A DNA stretch of 62,929 bases, the filler included, from Reclinomonas americana ATCC 50394 (lineage: Eukaryota): NCBI GenBank assembly GCA_048213135.1. It is 15 parts of 15 records of this genome, joined end to end, with 100 filler letters (N's around TTAATTAATTAA, not from the genome) between each part and the next. Parts side by side here need not be neighbours in the genome. Positions count along the whole stretch, not along the records: positions 61,178 to 62,929 come from AFZH01018158.1; 14 more parts are not named here. One strand, written 5' to 3'. The position numbers and the translations under genes are program-made. How positions within the stretch are numbered: the stretch's first letter is position 1; the number at the start of each line of letters is the position of its first letter. The notes under the pieces are model-generated. The model ran no database searches and was not told where the DNA came from. It worked only from the letters and a program-made list of their open reading frames with translations. Positions 62,805 through 62,929 of the stretch are shown here, one piece after another.

Positions 62805-62929
62805 GGACGTGATGTGCAGAGATGAGACAGAGAATGAGGACGATCATGCGCGTTTCCCTCCACCCTCTGTCTCTCTCTCGTACACACAGACACACACACT
62901 CACCCACTCACTCTCTCCCTTCTTTTCTC

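Overview
Intron-rich eukaryotic DNA in the standard code, probably a flagellated protist (it carries a CFAP141-like gene). It is a scaffold of 15 contigs joined by 14 artificial 100-nt linkers (N44-TTAATTAATTAA-N44); several genes continue across them. The left half (1-~35 kb) is gene-dense: CFAP141-like, an orphan gene, two head-to-head RBR-type E3 ligases (one with three tandem RING1 modules), PRRC2/BAT2-like, a claudin-like tetraspan protein, an EamA transporter, a secreted protein with three H-type-lectin-like domains, PPP1R36-like, a saposin-like protein and HBS1-like. Tandem repeats there often copy splice junctions. The right half (~36-62.4 kb) is the most striking part: a head-to-tail array of stand-alone 7-blade WD40 genes (8 complete, 1 cut by a gap, 2 last-blade fragments; unit ~3.2-3.4 kb). 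Each complete copy has a 12-nt first coding exon (MATK-like), near-identical 126-nt blades that vary at a few positions, blade motifs shared between paralogs, and a conserved ~50-aa tail resembling a BC-box/Cul2-box. I infer, without proof, a diversifying repertoire of recognition modules or cullin substrate receptors. All gene models were spliced by eye and family calls come from motif recognition, not database searches.
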